The position numbers were made by a program, and so were the translations under genes. DNA of 52,136 bases, taken from positions 1-52,136 of the forward strand of contig CAYPCE010000002.1 of NCBI GenBank assembly GCA_964409085.1. The letters run 5' to 3'. The stretch is from an uncultured Desulfobacteraceae bacterium (GTDB taxonomy: Bacteria > Desulfobacterota > Desulfobacteria > Desulfobacterales > JAABSP01). The notes under the pieces were generated by a model. It was not told the DNA's origin and did no database searches. It worked only from the letters and a program-made list of their open reading frames with translations. This document shows positions 25,258-34,507 of the stretch, in pieces (position 1 is the first letter of the stretch; the number at the start of each line of letters is the position of its first letter).

Positions 25258-27140
25258 TAGGCCGGTCCCTTTACCAGTGTTTGGGCGGCGGACGCCACGG
25301 CCGCGGCGTCGATGCCGTATTTGGCCCGCAGGAGTTTCTGAGGTCCGTGCTCCACGAACAGGTCGTCGATCCCGACCCGGGTCAACCCCACTTTTCCCAT
25401 CATTCCGGAATCGTTCAGCATCTCCAGTACCGCGCTGCCGAAACCGCCCTGGCGAACGTTTTCCTCCACCGTCACCACCCGGCCGATCCTCTCCGCCAGC
25501 GGCAGGATCCGGTCCTTGTCCAGGGGTTTGACGAACCGGGCGTCGACCACGGCGGCCGAGATGTTCTTTTCGGACAGAAGGTCGGCCGCCGCCATGGCTT
25601 CCCCCACAGGAGCGCCTACGGCCAGGAGCATCACGTCCACCCCGTGGCGCAACGTCTCTCCCGTTCCCAACGGGATCGGCTCGATGGGATCCGCCAGGGG
25701 AACGCCCATGGCCGAGCCCCGGGGATACCGGAAGGCGGCGGGACCGGGGTGATGCAGGGCGGTCAGCAGCATCCGGCGCAATTCGTTTTCGTCCCGGGGC
25801 GCCATCACCGTCATATTGGGGATGGACCGCAAATAAGACAGGTCGAACAGCCCGTGGTGGGTGGGTCCGTCCTCGCCCACGATGCCGCCCCGGTCCACGG
25901 CGAAGGTCACGGGCAGCCCTTCCAGGCAGACATCGTGAAGGATCTGGTCGTAGGCCCGCTGCAGAAACGTGGAATAGATGGCCACCACGGGCCGGTACCC
26001 TTCGGCCGCCATGCCCGCCGCAAAGGTGACCCCGTGCTGCTCGGCGATGCCCACATCGAAGAATCGGTCGGGATAGGCGTCGGCAAACCCGGCCAGGCCG
26101 GTCCCTTCGGGCATGGCCGCCGTCACGGCCACGATCGTTTCGTCTTCGGTGGCCAGTTTCACCATGGCGTCCCCGAAGACCTTGGTGTAGGTGGGAACCA
26201 CATTGTCCTTGACCACGCAGTTGCCGGTCTCTTTCTCGAAGCACCCCACGCCGTGGAAGTAGACGGGGTTCTTTTCCGCATAGGCATATCCTTTTCCTTT
26301 TTGGGTGGTGACGTGAAGGAGCACCGATTCCCTGAGGGTCTGGATGTTCTGGAGGATCTCCACCAGATGCCCGAGGCGGTGGCCGTCGATGGGGCCGAAA
26401 TAGTCGAAATTGAATGCCTCAAAGAGCATGCCGGGCGTGACGAAGGTTTTGAAGGACTCCTCGGACCGCTTGGCCAGTTGATAGGCGTCGTCCCCGATTC
26501 TGGGAAGGGATTTGAGAAAATCCCCGAATTCCCGCCGAAGCCCCTGGAGCCGCCTGGCCGAAAAGGTTCGGCTTAAAAAGGACGACAGGGCCCCGACATT
26601 CCGTGAGATGGACATGTCGTTGCTGTTGAGAATGACGATGAGGTCTTTCTGCATGTCCCCGGCCTGATTGAGCGCCTCGTAGGCCAGCCCGGCGGTCATG
26701 GACCCGTCCCCGATCACGGCGATGACCTTGGAGCGGTCTTTTTTCAAATCCTTGGCGCAGGCCATGCCCAGCCCGGCCGAGATGGAGGTGGAGGAATGGC
26801 CGGTGGAAAACGCATCGTAGGGGCTTTCGGTCCGTCGGGTGAACCCGCTGATGCCGTCGTGCTGGCGGAGGGTGCCGAACCGGTCCCGCCGGCCCGTCAG
26901 CAGTTTATGGGCATAGGATTGGTGGCCCACATCCCAGATCACCTTGTCCTCCGGAGCGTTGAAAACATAGTGGATGGCGATGGCCAGTTCCACGGCCCCG
27001 AGGCTCGACGCCAGATGGCCGCCGGTTTTGGATACCACATCCACGATGATCTCCCGGATTTCGGCGGCCAGGGCCGGGAGTTTGGTAAGCGGCAGTCTCT
27101 TGAGGTCCGCCGGCGAATCGATGGTGTCCAGTATGCTCAA
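25257..27140 (-). CDS. dxs: 1-deoxy-D-xylulose-5-phosphate synthase
   Basis: MSILDTIDSPADLKRL...GGHLASSLG...GHQSYAHKLLTGR...IGDGSMTAG (TPP motif). 627 aa of full-length similarity to Dxs. Confidence 0.95.
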   Translation of the reverse strand: MSILDTIDSPADLKRLPLTKLPALAAEIREIIVDVVSKTGGHLASSLGAVELAIAIHYVFNAPEDKVIWDVGHQSYAHKLLTGRRDRFGTLRQHDGISGFTRRTESPYDAFSTGHSSTSISAGLGMACAKDLKKDRSKVIAVIGDGSMTAGLAYEALNQAGDMQKDLIVILNSNDMSISRNVGALSSFLSRTFSARRLQGLRREFGDFLKSLPRIGDDAYQLAKRSEESFKTFVTPGMLFEAFNFDYFGPIDGHRLGHLVEILQNIQTLRESVLLHVTTQKGKGYAYAEKNPVYFHGVGCFEKETGNCVVKDNVVPTYTKVFGDAMVKLATEDETIVAVTAAMPEGTGLAGFADAYPDRFFDVGIAEQHGVTFAAGMAAEGYRPVVAIYSTFLQRAYDQILHDVCLEGLPVTFAVDRGGIVGEDGPTHHGLFDLSYLRSIPNMTVMAPRDENELRRMLLTALHHPGPAAFRYPRGSAMGVPLADPIEPIPLGTGETLRHGVDVMLLAVGAPVGEAMAAADLLSEKNISAAVVDARFVKPLDKDRILPLAERIGRVVTVEENVRQGGFGSAVLEMLNDSGMMGKVGLTRVGIDDLFVEHGPQKLLRAKYGIDAAAVASAAQTLVKGPA

Positions 27141-27158
27141 GGGGGGTATAACTCCTGG

Positions 27159-28037
27159 TTATCGGTTCCGGTCAATGATGTATCGGGCGATGGCCCGGAG
27201 GGGATCGGCCCGGTGGTCGAAATCTTGGAGGGTGTCCAGGGCCTCGATCACCAGGGTCTCGGCCAGTTCACGGGATCGGGCCGCCCCCAGGAGCGCGGGA
27301 TATGTGGTCTTTCCCCGGATCCGGTCCGTGCCCACCGCTTTGCCGAGGATCGCCGGGTCCCCGTTCACATTCAACAAATCGTCGGTCACCTGGAAGGCCA
27401 GCCCGATCTTTTCCGCGTACCGGTCGAGGCCGGTGATCTCATCCTCTCCGGCTCCGGCCAGGACGGCCCCGGTCCTGACGGCGGCCCGGATCAGGGCGCC
27501 GGTCTTGAGGGCGTGCATTCGGGCCAGCGCGTCCAACGCCGGGGCGGCGCCTTCGGCGGCCATGTCCAGCATCTGCCCTTCGATCATGCCCTCGTATCCG
27601 GCGGCCCGGGCCACGATGCCGACCACCCGCATCCCCGGTTCCGGTGGCAGGGTCGCCAGGATGTCGAAGGCCAGGGTGAGCAGGGCGTCTCCGGCCAGGA
27701 TGGCCGAAGCCTCGTCGAAGGCCACATGGCAGGTGGGTTTGCCCCGGCGCAGGGCGTCGTCATCCATGGCCGGCAGGTCGTCGTGGATGAGGGAATAGGT
27801 GTGGATCATCTCGATGGCGCAGGCGGCCCGGACGACGGCGTCGTCGAACCCGCCGGCCACGGCTTCCGCGCCGGCCATGCAGAGCACCGGCCGGACCCGT
27901 TTCCCGCCGTCCATCAGCGAATGGCGCATGGCCTGGACGATCCGGACGGGTCGGTCCGCCAGCAGGCGGTCGAGCCGGTCATTGATGGCCCCGGCTTTTT
28001 CCGAGAGATAGGTCTTCAGGTCGAACGCGGGCTTCAT
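27159..28037 (-). CDS. ispA: Farnesyl-diphosphate synthase ((2E,6E)-FPP synthase)
   Basis: First and second Asp-rich motifs LIHDDLPAMDDD and FQVTDDLL. Start at MKPAFDLKTYL (ATG 28037); alternative ATG 28052. The longer listed N-terminus is Arg-rich junk that overlaps xseB. Confidence 0.9.
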   Translation of the reverse strand: MKPAFDLKTYLSEKAGAINDRLDRLLADRPVRIVQAMRHSLMDGGKRVRPVLCMAGAEAVAGGFDDAVVRAACAIEMIHTYSLIHDDLPAMDDDALRRGKPTCHVAFDEASAILAGDALLTLAFDILATLPPEPGMRVVGIVARAAGYEGMIEGQMLDMAAEGAAPALDALARMHALKTGALIRAAVRTGAVLAGAGEDEITGLDRYAEKIGLAFQVTDDLLNVNGDPAILGKAVGTDRIRGKTTYPALLGAARSRELAETLVIEALDTLQDFDHRADPLRAIARYIIDRNR

Positions 28038-28044
28038 TCGGGGA

Positions 28045-28281
28045 TCACGCATCCGTTGCGTCGAAGGGTTCTTCGGTAAAGCCGCCCTCGCCGTCCTCCA
28101 GGAGCACCGCGATCTTCTTTTCCGTCTCGTCCAGTTTTCCCGAACAGAGTTTGGAGAGCTGGACCCCCTCTTCAAATTTTTTCAGGGCCTTTTCCAGGGG
28201 CAGGTCCCCGGACTCCAGCTCCTGGACGATCCCCTCCAGCTTTTCCAAAGCCTTTTCGAAGGTCAATCCTTTTGCGCTCAC
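28045..28281 (-). CDS. xseB: Exodeoxyribonuclease VII small subunit
   Basis: FEKALEKLEGIVQELESGDLPLEKALKKFEEGVQL matches the XseB core. GTG 28281 has an upstream GGAAGAAAAGGAAAG and overlaps the xseA stop (GTGA). Alternative TTG 28308. Confidence 0.85.
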   Translation of the reverse strand: MSAKGLTFEKALEKLEGIVQELESGDLPLEKALKKFEEGVQLSKLCSGKLDETEKKIAVLLEDGEGGFTEEPFDATDA

Positions 28282-29630
28282 GATCTTTCCTTTTCTTCCA
28301 CCCGGCAAACCAGCGCGCCCCTGGCGAGGGTGATGTGGACAGATCCCCCGATGTCGACCGTTTCCGCGTCCCGGACCACGGCCCCCGCCGGCAGGGCGCG
28401 GGTGATGCTGTAGCCCCGGCCCAGAACCGCCCTCGGGTCCAGTCCCGACAGCCGGGTGGTCAGATCCTGGAGACGCGCCCTTCGATGGGCGAGGTATCCT
28501 TTGAATTGGAAGGCCAGTTCCCGCCGCCGGTCCGTCAACCGCTCTTTCAGGTGGCGGATCCGGCCCGTCGGCTGGACCGCCAGGAGGCGCTCCCGCCGCC
28601 AGAGAAAACGTTCCCGCCGCCGGCGGCGGGTGCCGTCCATCCCCCGGCGGAGCCGGGCCGTCAGGTCGTCGACGCGAAGCAGGAAGTCCGCCAGTCGCCG
28701 TTTGGGGTGGACGAGCCGGTTCAGGATCTCGTCGAGACGGCGCCTCCGGTCCGTCAGATGGCGCCGCAATCGGCTTGCCAGGGCCCCCGTGAGGTTTCCG
28801 CAGATGCGGACCAGTTCCGCCTTGACCGGGACCGCCAGCTCCGCTGCGGCCGACGGCGTCGGGGCTCGGCGGTCCGCGACAAAATCGGCGATGGTCACGT
28901 CCGTTTCGTGACCCACCGCCGAGATGATGGGGATCTCCGAGGCGAATATCGCCCGGGCCACCCGTTCGGAGTTGAAGGCGGCCAGATCCTCCAGAGATCC
29001 GCCGCCCCGGGCGAGGATGGCCACATCCGCCCTCTTCCGCCGGTTGAGGGCCTCGATGGCCCCGGCGATCCCTTCTCCGGCCCCTTCCCCCTGGACTTTG
29101 ACCGGGAGAATTTCCACCCGGAGGTCCGGAAACCGGCGGTTCAGGATGTTGAGGATATCGTGGACCGCGGCGCCGGTCCGGGAAGTGATGAGGCCGATGG
29201 TGCGGGGCAGAAAGGGGACCGGTTTTTTGTGGGATTCGTCGAAGAGCCCTTCCGCGGCCAGGCGGCTTTTGAGCTGCTCGAATGCCGCCTGGAGGGCGCC
29301 CAGCCCGCTGGGCTCCAGGTACTCGAAAATGACCTGGTAGATCCCCCGGGGTTCATAGACGCCGATACGTCCCAGCCCCGTCACCGTCATTCCGTCCTCA
29401 GGGAGAAACTTCAGGTTCCGGTTCTGCCCCCGGAACATCACGGCACCGATTTGGGCCGTCGGGTCCTTCAAGGTGAAATAGTAATGGCCGGAGGCGGGGA
29501 TCCGGAAATTGGAGATCTCTCCTGCCACCCAGACAAACGGGAACCGTTCCTCCAGGAGGGCTTTGATGTCGGCCGTCAGACGGGTGACCGTGTAGACCGG
29601 TCGGTCGGCGTATGTGCTTTCCGTCATCAC
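28278..29630 (-). CDS. xseA: Exodeoxyribonuclease VII large subunit
   Basis: VYTVTRLTADIKALLEERFPFVWVAGEISNF....SGHYYFTLKD (OB fold), followed by the catalytic and coiled-coil regions. 450 aa. Confidence 0.9.
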   Translation of the reverse strand: MMTESTYADRPVYTVTRLTADIKALLEERFPFVWVAGEISNFRIPASGHYYFTLKDPTAQIGAVMFRGQNRNLKFLPEDGMTVTGLGRIGVYEPRGIYQVIFEYLEPSGLGALQAAFEQLKSRLAAEGLFDESHKKPVPFLPRTIGLITSRTGAAVHDILNILNRRFPDLRVEILPVKVQGEGAGEGIAGAIEALNRRKRADVAILARGGGSLEDLAAFNSERVARAIFASEIPIISAVGHETDVTIADFVADRRAPTPSAAAELAVPVKAELVRICGNLTGALASRLRRHLTDRRRRLDEILNRLVHPKRRLADFLLRVDDLTARLRRGMDGTRRRRRERFLWRRERLLAVQPTGRIRHLKERLTDRRRELAFQFKGYLAHRRARLQDLTTRLSGLDPRAVLGRGYSITRALPAGAVVRDAETVDIGGSVHITLARGALVCRVEEKERS

Positions 29631-29661
29631 CCGATACAGCTAACACACTTGCCCCTGGCTT

Positions 29662-29931
29662 TCAATCCCTTTCCATCCGCCTCAGATACTCCCGGACTGC
29701 CGGGAGCATGTGGACTTCCTCCGGGGCCATCCCCTTCAGACAGGCGGCCAAAAGGCGGTTTTTCCGGTGGATGGAGAGGTGCTTGTCCATGATGTAGTGG
29801 GGCGCCCCCTTGATTCGGCAGTATCCGCTCTGGGTGGTCACTCCCGCCTTCCGGAGATTGTGCTCCGACACGGACATGCCGAGCCGCTCCGCCACATCCT
29901 TGAGTTGTTCGTAGAGGTTTTCCGCTTTCAT
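29662..29931 (-). CDS. Small conserved hypothetical protein (89 aa)
   Basis: MKAENLYEQLKDVAERLGMSVSEHNLRKAGV... has coding-like composition and lies 31 nt upstream of xseA on the same strand. The start is uncertain (ATG 29931 or ATG 29997). A perfect TATAAT on the minus strand (30005-30000) would place the transcription start downstream of 29997, which favours 29931. Confidence 0.5.
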   Translation of the reverse strand: MKAENLYEQLKDVAERLGMSVSEHNLRKAGVTTQSGYCRIKGAPHYIMDKHLSIHRKNRLLAACLKGMAPEEVHMLPAVREYLRRMERD

Positions 29932-29974
29932 CTCCCCTGCCGCCGTTGTGCCAAATCGTGCCGAACCGTCGCTT

Positions 29975-30011
29975 TTGCCTTGAAAAACGGGCCGCATGTA
30001 TTATATATGAT
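29975..30011 (+). promoter_or_regulatory. Candidate sigma70 promoter(s) in the divergent AT-rich spacer upstream of the BI-1/YccA gene
   Basis: Either TTGCCT (29975-29980), N18, TATTAT (29999-30004), or TTGAAA (29980-29985), N16, TATATA (30002-30007). This is the only AT-rich stretch in the spacer. Confidence 0.4.
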
Positions 30012-30083
30012 GTTGTCTGAATGGAATTGTACAGAAACCATGAGAATCGATCCACCAAAAACGCATAAGGGAGGACAGTCGGT

Positions 30084-30785
30084 ATGGAGTCATTTGCTCG
30101 CAGCAGAACACAACCCCAGGTAGCGGTCAATTCCTTTATCCAGAGCGTGTACAGCTGGATGGCCATTGGCCTGGGCCTCACCGGTGTGGTGGCGATGTTC
30201 GTCGCCAACAGCCAGACCCTTTTACAGCTGATTTTCGGCAATCAGCTCATCTTTTTCGGACTGATCATCGCGGAGCTGGCGCTGGTCTTTTCCATCAGCG
30301 CCCGGATCAATCGCATGGAGGCCAGCACCGCCACGGGCCTGTTCCTCTTGTACGCCGGCCTGAACGGGGTCACCCTGTCGTTTATCTTCCTCGCATTCAC
30401 GAAAGCTTCCATCGCTTCCACCTTCTTCATCTGTGCGGGGACCTTCGCGGCGTGCAGCGTCTACGGCTACGTGACCAAGAAAGATTTGACCTCATTGGGC
30501 AGCTTCCTGTTCATGGGGCTCATCGGCATCATCATCGCCTCGGTGGTCAATATCTTTCTGCGGAGCCCGATGATCTACTGGATCATCAGCTACCTCGGCG
30601 TGGGCATCTTCATGGGGCTGACCGCCTACGACACCCAGAAGATCAAGTCCATGGCCCATTCCCAGCCCGCCGACCTGGAGGCCGGAGTGGTCCGTAAGGG
30701 TGCCATCATGGGCGCGTTGTCCCTCTACCTCGACTTCATCAACATGTTCATCTTCATGCTCCACATCTTCGGCGCCCGCGAATAG
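30084..30785 (+). CDS. Bax inhibitor-1/YccA family membrane protein
   Basis: 233 aa with seven hydrophobic helices. The N-terminus ...FIQSVYSWMAIGLGLTG and the C-terminal ...GALSLYLDFINMFIFML pattern are typical of the BI-1/UPF0005 family. GGAGG lies 8 nt upstream of the ATG. Confidence 0.85.
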   Translation: MESFARSRTQPQVAVNSFIQSVYSWMAIGLGLTGVVAMFVANSQTLLQLIFGNQLIFFGLIIAELALVFSISARINRMEASTATGLFLLYAGLNGVTLSFIFLAFTKASIASTFFICAGTFAACSVYGYVTKKDLTSLGSFLFMGLIGIIIASVVNIFLRSPMIYWIISYLGVGIFMGLTAYDTQKIKSMAHSQPADLEAGVVRKGAIMGALSLYLDFINMFIFMLHIFGARE

Positions 30786-30796
30786 CCGCTCCACGC

Positions 30797-30844
30797 AAAA
30801 CGCCCCTGCGCCTGGCAATTCCCGGCGACGCAGGGGCGTTTCTA
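30797..30844. terminator. Bidirectional terminator hairpin between the convergent BI-1 and glmM genes
   Basis: A perfect 11-bp stem ACGCCCCTGCG (30800-30810) with CGCAGGGGCGT (30829-30839), extendable by A-T pairs. AAAA lies 5' and TTTCT lies 3' of the stem. Confidence 0.6.
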
Positions 30845-30854
30845 CCGCCGGTCG

Positions 30855-32198
30855 CTACCCGATCGCTTTTCGAATCACCGCCACCAGGTGCCGGCAATAT
30901 CCATCCGTTTCCTCGGCGGTGGGCCCTTCCACCATAACCCGGCACAGCGGTTGCGTGCCGGAATACCGGACCAGCACCCGCCCCTTTTCCCCCAGTTTCT
31001 CCTCCACCGCGCGGATCTCCTCGGCCACTCCGGGCACCGTCCGGAGATCGGGCTTTTCCGTCACCTCCAGGTTCATGAGGATTTGGGGGAAGACGGCCAT
31101 GATCCCCCGCATCTCCGACAGGGGCCGGTCCGCGGCGATCATGGCGTCGATGAGCATCAGGGCCGTCAGGATGCCGTCTCCGGTGGTGTGATGGCCGCTG
31201 AAAATCATGTGGCCGGAATCCTCGCCGCCGATGACGGCGCCGGTCTCGGTCATCTTCTCGGCCACATACCGGTCCCCCACGTCGGCCATGATGTGGATGA
31301 TGCCCAGTTCCTTGAGGGCCAGTCTCAGGCCAATATTGCTCATGACCGTCGACACCACCGTATCGTTCCGAAGGGTGCCCGTCTCCTTCATCCGCCGGGC
31401 GCAGATGGCCAGGATCTGATCGCCGCTCAATACGTTGCCGGCCTCGTCGGCGGCAATCAGGCGGTCCCCGTCGCCGTCAAAGGCCAGACCGGCCTGTGCC
31501 CGCTCTTTACGGACCGCCTCCACCAGGCTCTCGGTGTGCTCGGAACCGCAGTGGTCGTTGATGTTCTTTCCGTCGGGATGGACCGAAAGCGGGAAGATCT
31601 CCGCCCCCAGCTCCGAAAAGAGGCGCGGCGCCACCCGGTAGGTAGCCCCGTTGGCGCAATCGAGGACGATCTTCATCCCCTTCAGATCCCGGACGCCCGG
31701 AAGCCGCTCCTTCAGAAACCCGATGTACCGGTCGTCGGCCCGCTCCAGCCGCTGCGCCGTCCCGATCTCGTCCGGACCCTCTTTCAAAGCCCCCTTGTCC
31801 AGAATCCGGGCTTCCATTTGGTCTTCCACAGCATCCGGCAGCTTGAACCCTTTCCTGTCGAAAATCTTGATCCCGTTGTCATGGAACGGGTTGTGGGAAG
31901 CGGACAGGACGATGCCGGCGTCGGCACCGGAATCGACGGCAAGAAAAGCCACGCCGGGGGTCGGGAGAACGCCGGCCAGAAGGGCCGTCCCCCCGGCCGA
32001 AAGAATGCCCGCGGTCATGGCGTGCTCCAGCATATCACCGGAAACGCGGGTGTCCCGGCCGATCACCACCCTGGCGGGACTGCCGCCGTCGGAAAAAAAG
32101 GTCGCCACCGCCCGGCCCACCGCCAGGGCCGTCTCCGGGGTCATGGGATGCCGGTTGGCCCTCCCCCGGATGCCGTCCGTTCCGAAAAGTCTGCCCAT
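30855..32198 (-). CDS. glmM: Phosphoglucosamine mutase
   Basis: MGRLFGTDGIRG, active-site SASHNP, DGDGDR and GEDSGH motifs. 447 aa. Confidence 0.95.
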   Translation of the reverse strand: MGRLFGTDGIRGRANRHPMTPETALAVGRAVATFFSDGGSPARVVIGRDTRVSGDMLEHAMTAGILSAGGTALLAGVLPTPGVAFLAVDSGADAGIVLSASHNPFHDNGIKIFDRKGFKLPDAVEDQMEARILDKGALKEGPDEIGTAQRLERADDRYIGFLKERLPGVRDLKGMKIVLDCANGATYRVAPRLFSELGAEIFPLSVHPDGKNINDHCGSEHTESLVEAVRKERAQAGLAFDGDGDRLIAADEAGNVLSGDQILAICARRMKETGTLRNDTVVSTVMSNIGLRLALKELGIIHIMADVGDRYVAEKMTETGAVIGGEDSGHMIFSGHHTTGDGILTALMLIDAMIAADRPLSEMRGIMAVFPQILMNLEVTEKPDLRTVPGVAEEIRAVEEKLGEKGRVLVRYSGTQPLCRVMVEGPTAEETDGYCRHLVAVIRKAIG

Positions 32199-32199
32199 G

Positions 32200-33441
32200 C
32201 TATGTCGCTTTCTCCGTCAGTGTCCGCAACGACGGCATGATCTCCGCCGTACCCGATATGATCCTGTCCACGATCCCCTGGAGCCACGCCGTTCCGCGTT
32301 CCGATGCCTCGGATTCCAGGCGCTGAACCGCCGTCACATAATCCTTGCCCCATCGGGAGACGGCCCCTTCGACGGCCTCCAGGAACGGATCCCGAAGCCC
32401 GGCCTCTCCTTCAACCTCGCCGGCCGATGCAAGGTAGGTCGCCAATTCCGGCCATCTCTCGGCGATCCTCTCGTCCTGCCCCGCTGCAAAGGCTTTCAAC
32501 CGCTTAACCCGTTCACCGACGGCGGTCTCCAGGACCGTTCGGGCCCCATCCAGAAGCGGCGCCGGCAGATCCTCGCCGGCGAAACGGGCTCTTACATGCC
32601 GGTACCACTGCTGAAGCGCCATCAGGTTGGCGATATAGATGAGGTTGCTCAGGATGACCCGGTTGCCGCCGGCGCCGCTGCCCACCGTGGACGGCACGTT
32701 CCCCGGTTTCATGCCGCCGCCGAAAATGAGGCGGTCTTCCCGGAGTTCGTCCTTTCGGCAGATGGTTCCGGCCGCCACCACGGTACCATAGGTTAGGCGC
32801 CGCGGCCCCACAAGGCCGCCCTGCCCTCCCAGAAAGACGGGGCGATTGTTGAGCATCACGCCCTTGGGCACGTCCCCGATGAGGGATGCGGTGGCCTTGT
32901 CGCCGTCGGGCGTGAAATTGAAATGGATGTAGGAGCTGCCCACCTCGCTGTGGTCTTTGCGGCTCGTGCCGCCGGCCATCAGGCAATCGCAGAAGTTGAT
33001 GAGGCTGCCCAGCGTCACGAAAGGGAACAAAACGGTCTGTTTCAGCCCCACGGTATGGGCCCCGCTAGCCATTTCTTCAAGGAGTGTTCCTTCCCGGACG
33101 TGGGCGCCGGACCCCATGGCGGCGCCTGTTAAAAAGACCGCGTTCTTGAAATAACCGCCTTTGAGCGACGCATCCGGTCCGACATGGCAGTTTTCCACCG
33201 TTGCCGGAGCCTCCCGGCCGATTTCGGCGCCTGAAAGGATCAGGGTGTCTCGGCCATGAATACGGCAGCCCGGATGGATCACGGCGCCGGGGGCGATTCG
33301 ATCAAGGTCCACCTCATCCCCGATGTGGATGGTACCGGGCCGATGGATCAACACCCCTTTCTCCATCAGGGACGCCAGACGGCCATCGGCGGCAGATGCT
33401 GCGTGGGCATCCGTTGACATGGTGGATGGTATCATGGACAT
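32200..33441 (-). CDS. Left-handed beta-helix (hexapeptide-repeat) protein with a C-terminal helical domain, a putative GlmU-acetyltransferase-like enzyme lacking the nucleotidyltransferase domain
   Basis: Hexapeptide-like turns run through aa ~30-270 (IHPGCRIHG, VGPDASLKGG, MGSGAHVREG...). The ~130-aa helical tail is of unknown family. The stop is 1 nt before the glmM ATG. Confidence 0.55.
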   Translation of the reverse strand: MSMIPSTMSTDAHAASAADGRLASLMEKGVLIHRPGTIHIGDEVDLDRIAPGAVIHPGCRIHGRDTLILSGAEIGREAPATVENCHVGPDASLKGGYFKNAVFLTGAAMGSGAHVREGTLLEEMASGAHTVGLKQTVLFPFVTLGSLINFCDCLMAGGTSRKDHSEVGSSYIHFNFTPDGDKATASLIGDVPKGVMLNNRPVFLGGQGGLVGPRRLTYGTVVAAGTICRKDELREDRLIFGGGMKPGNVPSTVGSGAGGNRVILSNLIYIANLMALQQWYRHVRARFAGEDLPAPLLDGARTVLETAVGERVKRLKAFAAGQDERIAERWPELATYLASAGEVEGEAGLRDPFLEAVEGAVSRWGKDYVTAVQRLESEASERGTAWLQGIVDRIISGTAEIMPSLRTLTEKAT

Positions 33442-33446
33442 TGTCT

Positions 33447-34010
33447 TTACTGGGAGGTAGTTCGTCGGATCTGGACATAAAATTTCAACCCATTAAAAGT
33501 GCCCTGCCCAATCCCCTTGACCTCCTTCAGTTCATCGGTGGATTCGAAGCCGTCCTTCGCCTCCCGCTTCCGGACGATTCTCACCGCCAGTACCGGGCCG
33601 ATCCGGGGCAGGGCCACCAGCCGGGTCAGCCCGGCCCTGTTGATATCGACGGGTTCGTCGAGTCCATTCCGCCGAACGTTTTGGATGAAAGGATCGTAAT
33701 ACGATTCCAGTTTCCGCTTCGCGACCGCTCGATTTCCCGGATCGACCCATTCCTCTTCATTCAATGTGCCAAGGACGTAAATAAGCTGCTCGTGATCCAC
33801 GTCCCCGTTGGTGTCCTTGAACGGACAATGCCGGACCTTTCCGCCGCCGTCCCGGTATTCCACCAGGGCGAAGGAACTGTCCGGCAGCATCCGGACCTTC
33901 AGATCGTTCCATCCCAAAGCGCGGGCCGCCAAAGGCCGGGCCGTCAGGGTCAGAATGACCAGGCAGCCCAGGAGGCATGTCCGTCTGAGGGGCAAGCATC
34001 GTTGGATCAT
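33447..34010 (-). CDS. Secreted protein with a C-terminal ComEA-type helix-hairpin-helix DNA-binding domain
   Basis: Signal peptide MIQRCLPLRRTCLLGCLVILTLTARPLAA. C-terminus VDINRAGLTRLVALPRIGPVLAVRIV..R...GFES.DELKEVKGIGQGTF (an HhH pair). Confidence 0.7.
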   Translation of the reverse strand: MIQRCLPLRRTCLLGCLVILTLTARPLAARALGWNDLKVRMLPDSSFALVEYRDGGGKVRHCPFKDTNGDVDHEQLIYVLGTLNEEEWVDPGNRAVAKRKLESYYDPFIQNVRRNGLDEPVDINRAGLTRLVALPRIGPVLAVRIVRKREAKDGFESTDELKEVKGIGQGTFNGLKFYVQIRRTTSQ

Positions 34011-34100
34011 GACGTTCCTTCCGGTTTCTGCGATGAGAGGTGGGGCGCCCCACCATGGGGGCGCCCGGCCATTGGACCGTGAAGTCTTGTCGAATGGGGA

Positions 34101-34466
34101 TCAGCTTTTGGGTTTGTCCTGGGACTTTGGCGCCGCTTTCGGCGTGGTCTTGGGCGCCGCCTTTACCGGCTCTGGTGTACCGATGATGATACGGCTCTTG
34201 TTCTTCTTGAAGGTCGCCGGCCCGATCCCTTTGACGTTCTGGATGTCTTCGGGTTTTTTGAAGGAACCGTTCTTTTTCCGGTAGTCGAGAATCCGGTCCG
34301 CCAGGGCGTCGCCGACGCCGTTCAGGGTTTTGAGCCGGGCCTTGTCGGCGGTGTTGATGTTGACCTGGTCGGCGGCATCCGCAGCAACGGACGCACCGGC
34401 AAACAGAAACAACGCCGCCAGGGCGGTCAGAATGGCCGCAACATAACCTGCTCTTGATCTCATCAT
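34101..34466 (-). CDS. comEA: ComEA-family helix-hairpin-helix DNA-binding protein (periplasmic)
   Basis: Signal peptide, then VNINTADKARLKTLNGVGDALADRILDYRKKNGSFKKPEDIQNVKGIGPATF, then a Lys/Pro-rich tail. 121 aa. Confidence 0.8.
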   Translation of the reverse strand: MMRSRAGYVAAILTALAALFLFAGASVAADAADQVNINTADKARLKTLNGVGDALADRILDYRKKNGSFKKPEDIQNVKGIGPATFKKNKSRIIIGTPEPVKAAPKTTPKAAPKSQDKPKS

Positions 34467-34507
34467 CTCTCCTTTCGTTTAAGATTGGCAGAAAAACCAC
34501 AGCGATA

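Noticed and set aside
25258-26244. N-terminal 329 aa of the listed 573-aa ORF 24523-26244, which would make a very long TlyA.
   Set aside because: This part overlaps dxs out of frame and reads as Arg/Gly/Pro junk. TlyA homology begins only at the GTG at 25257, which overlaps the dxs stop.
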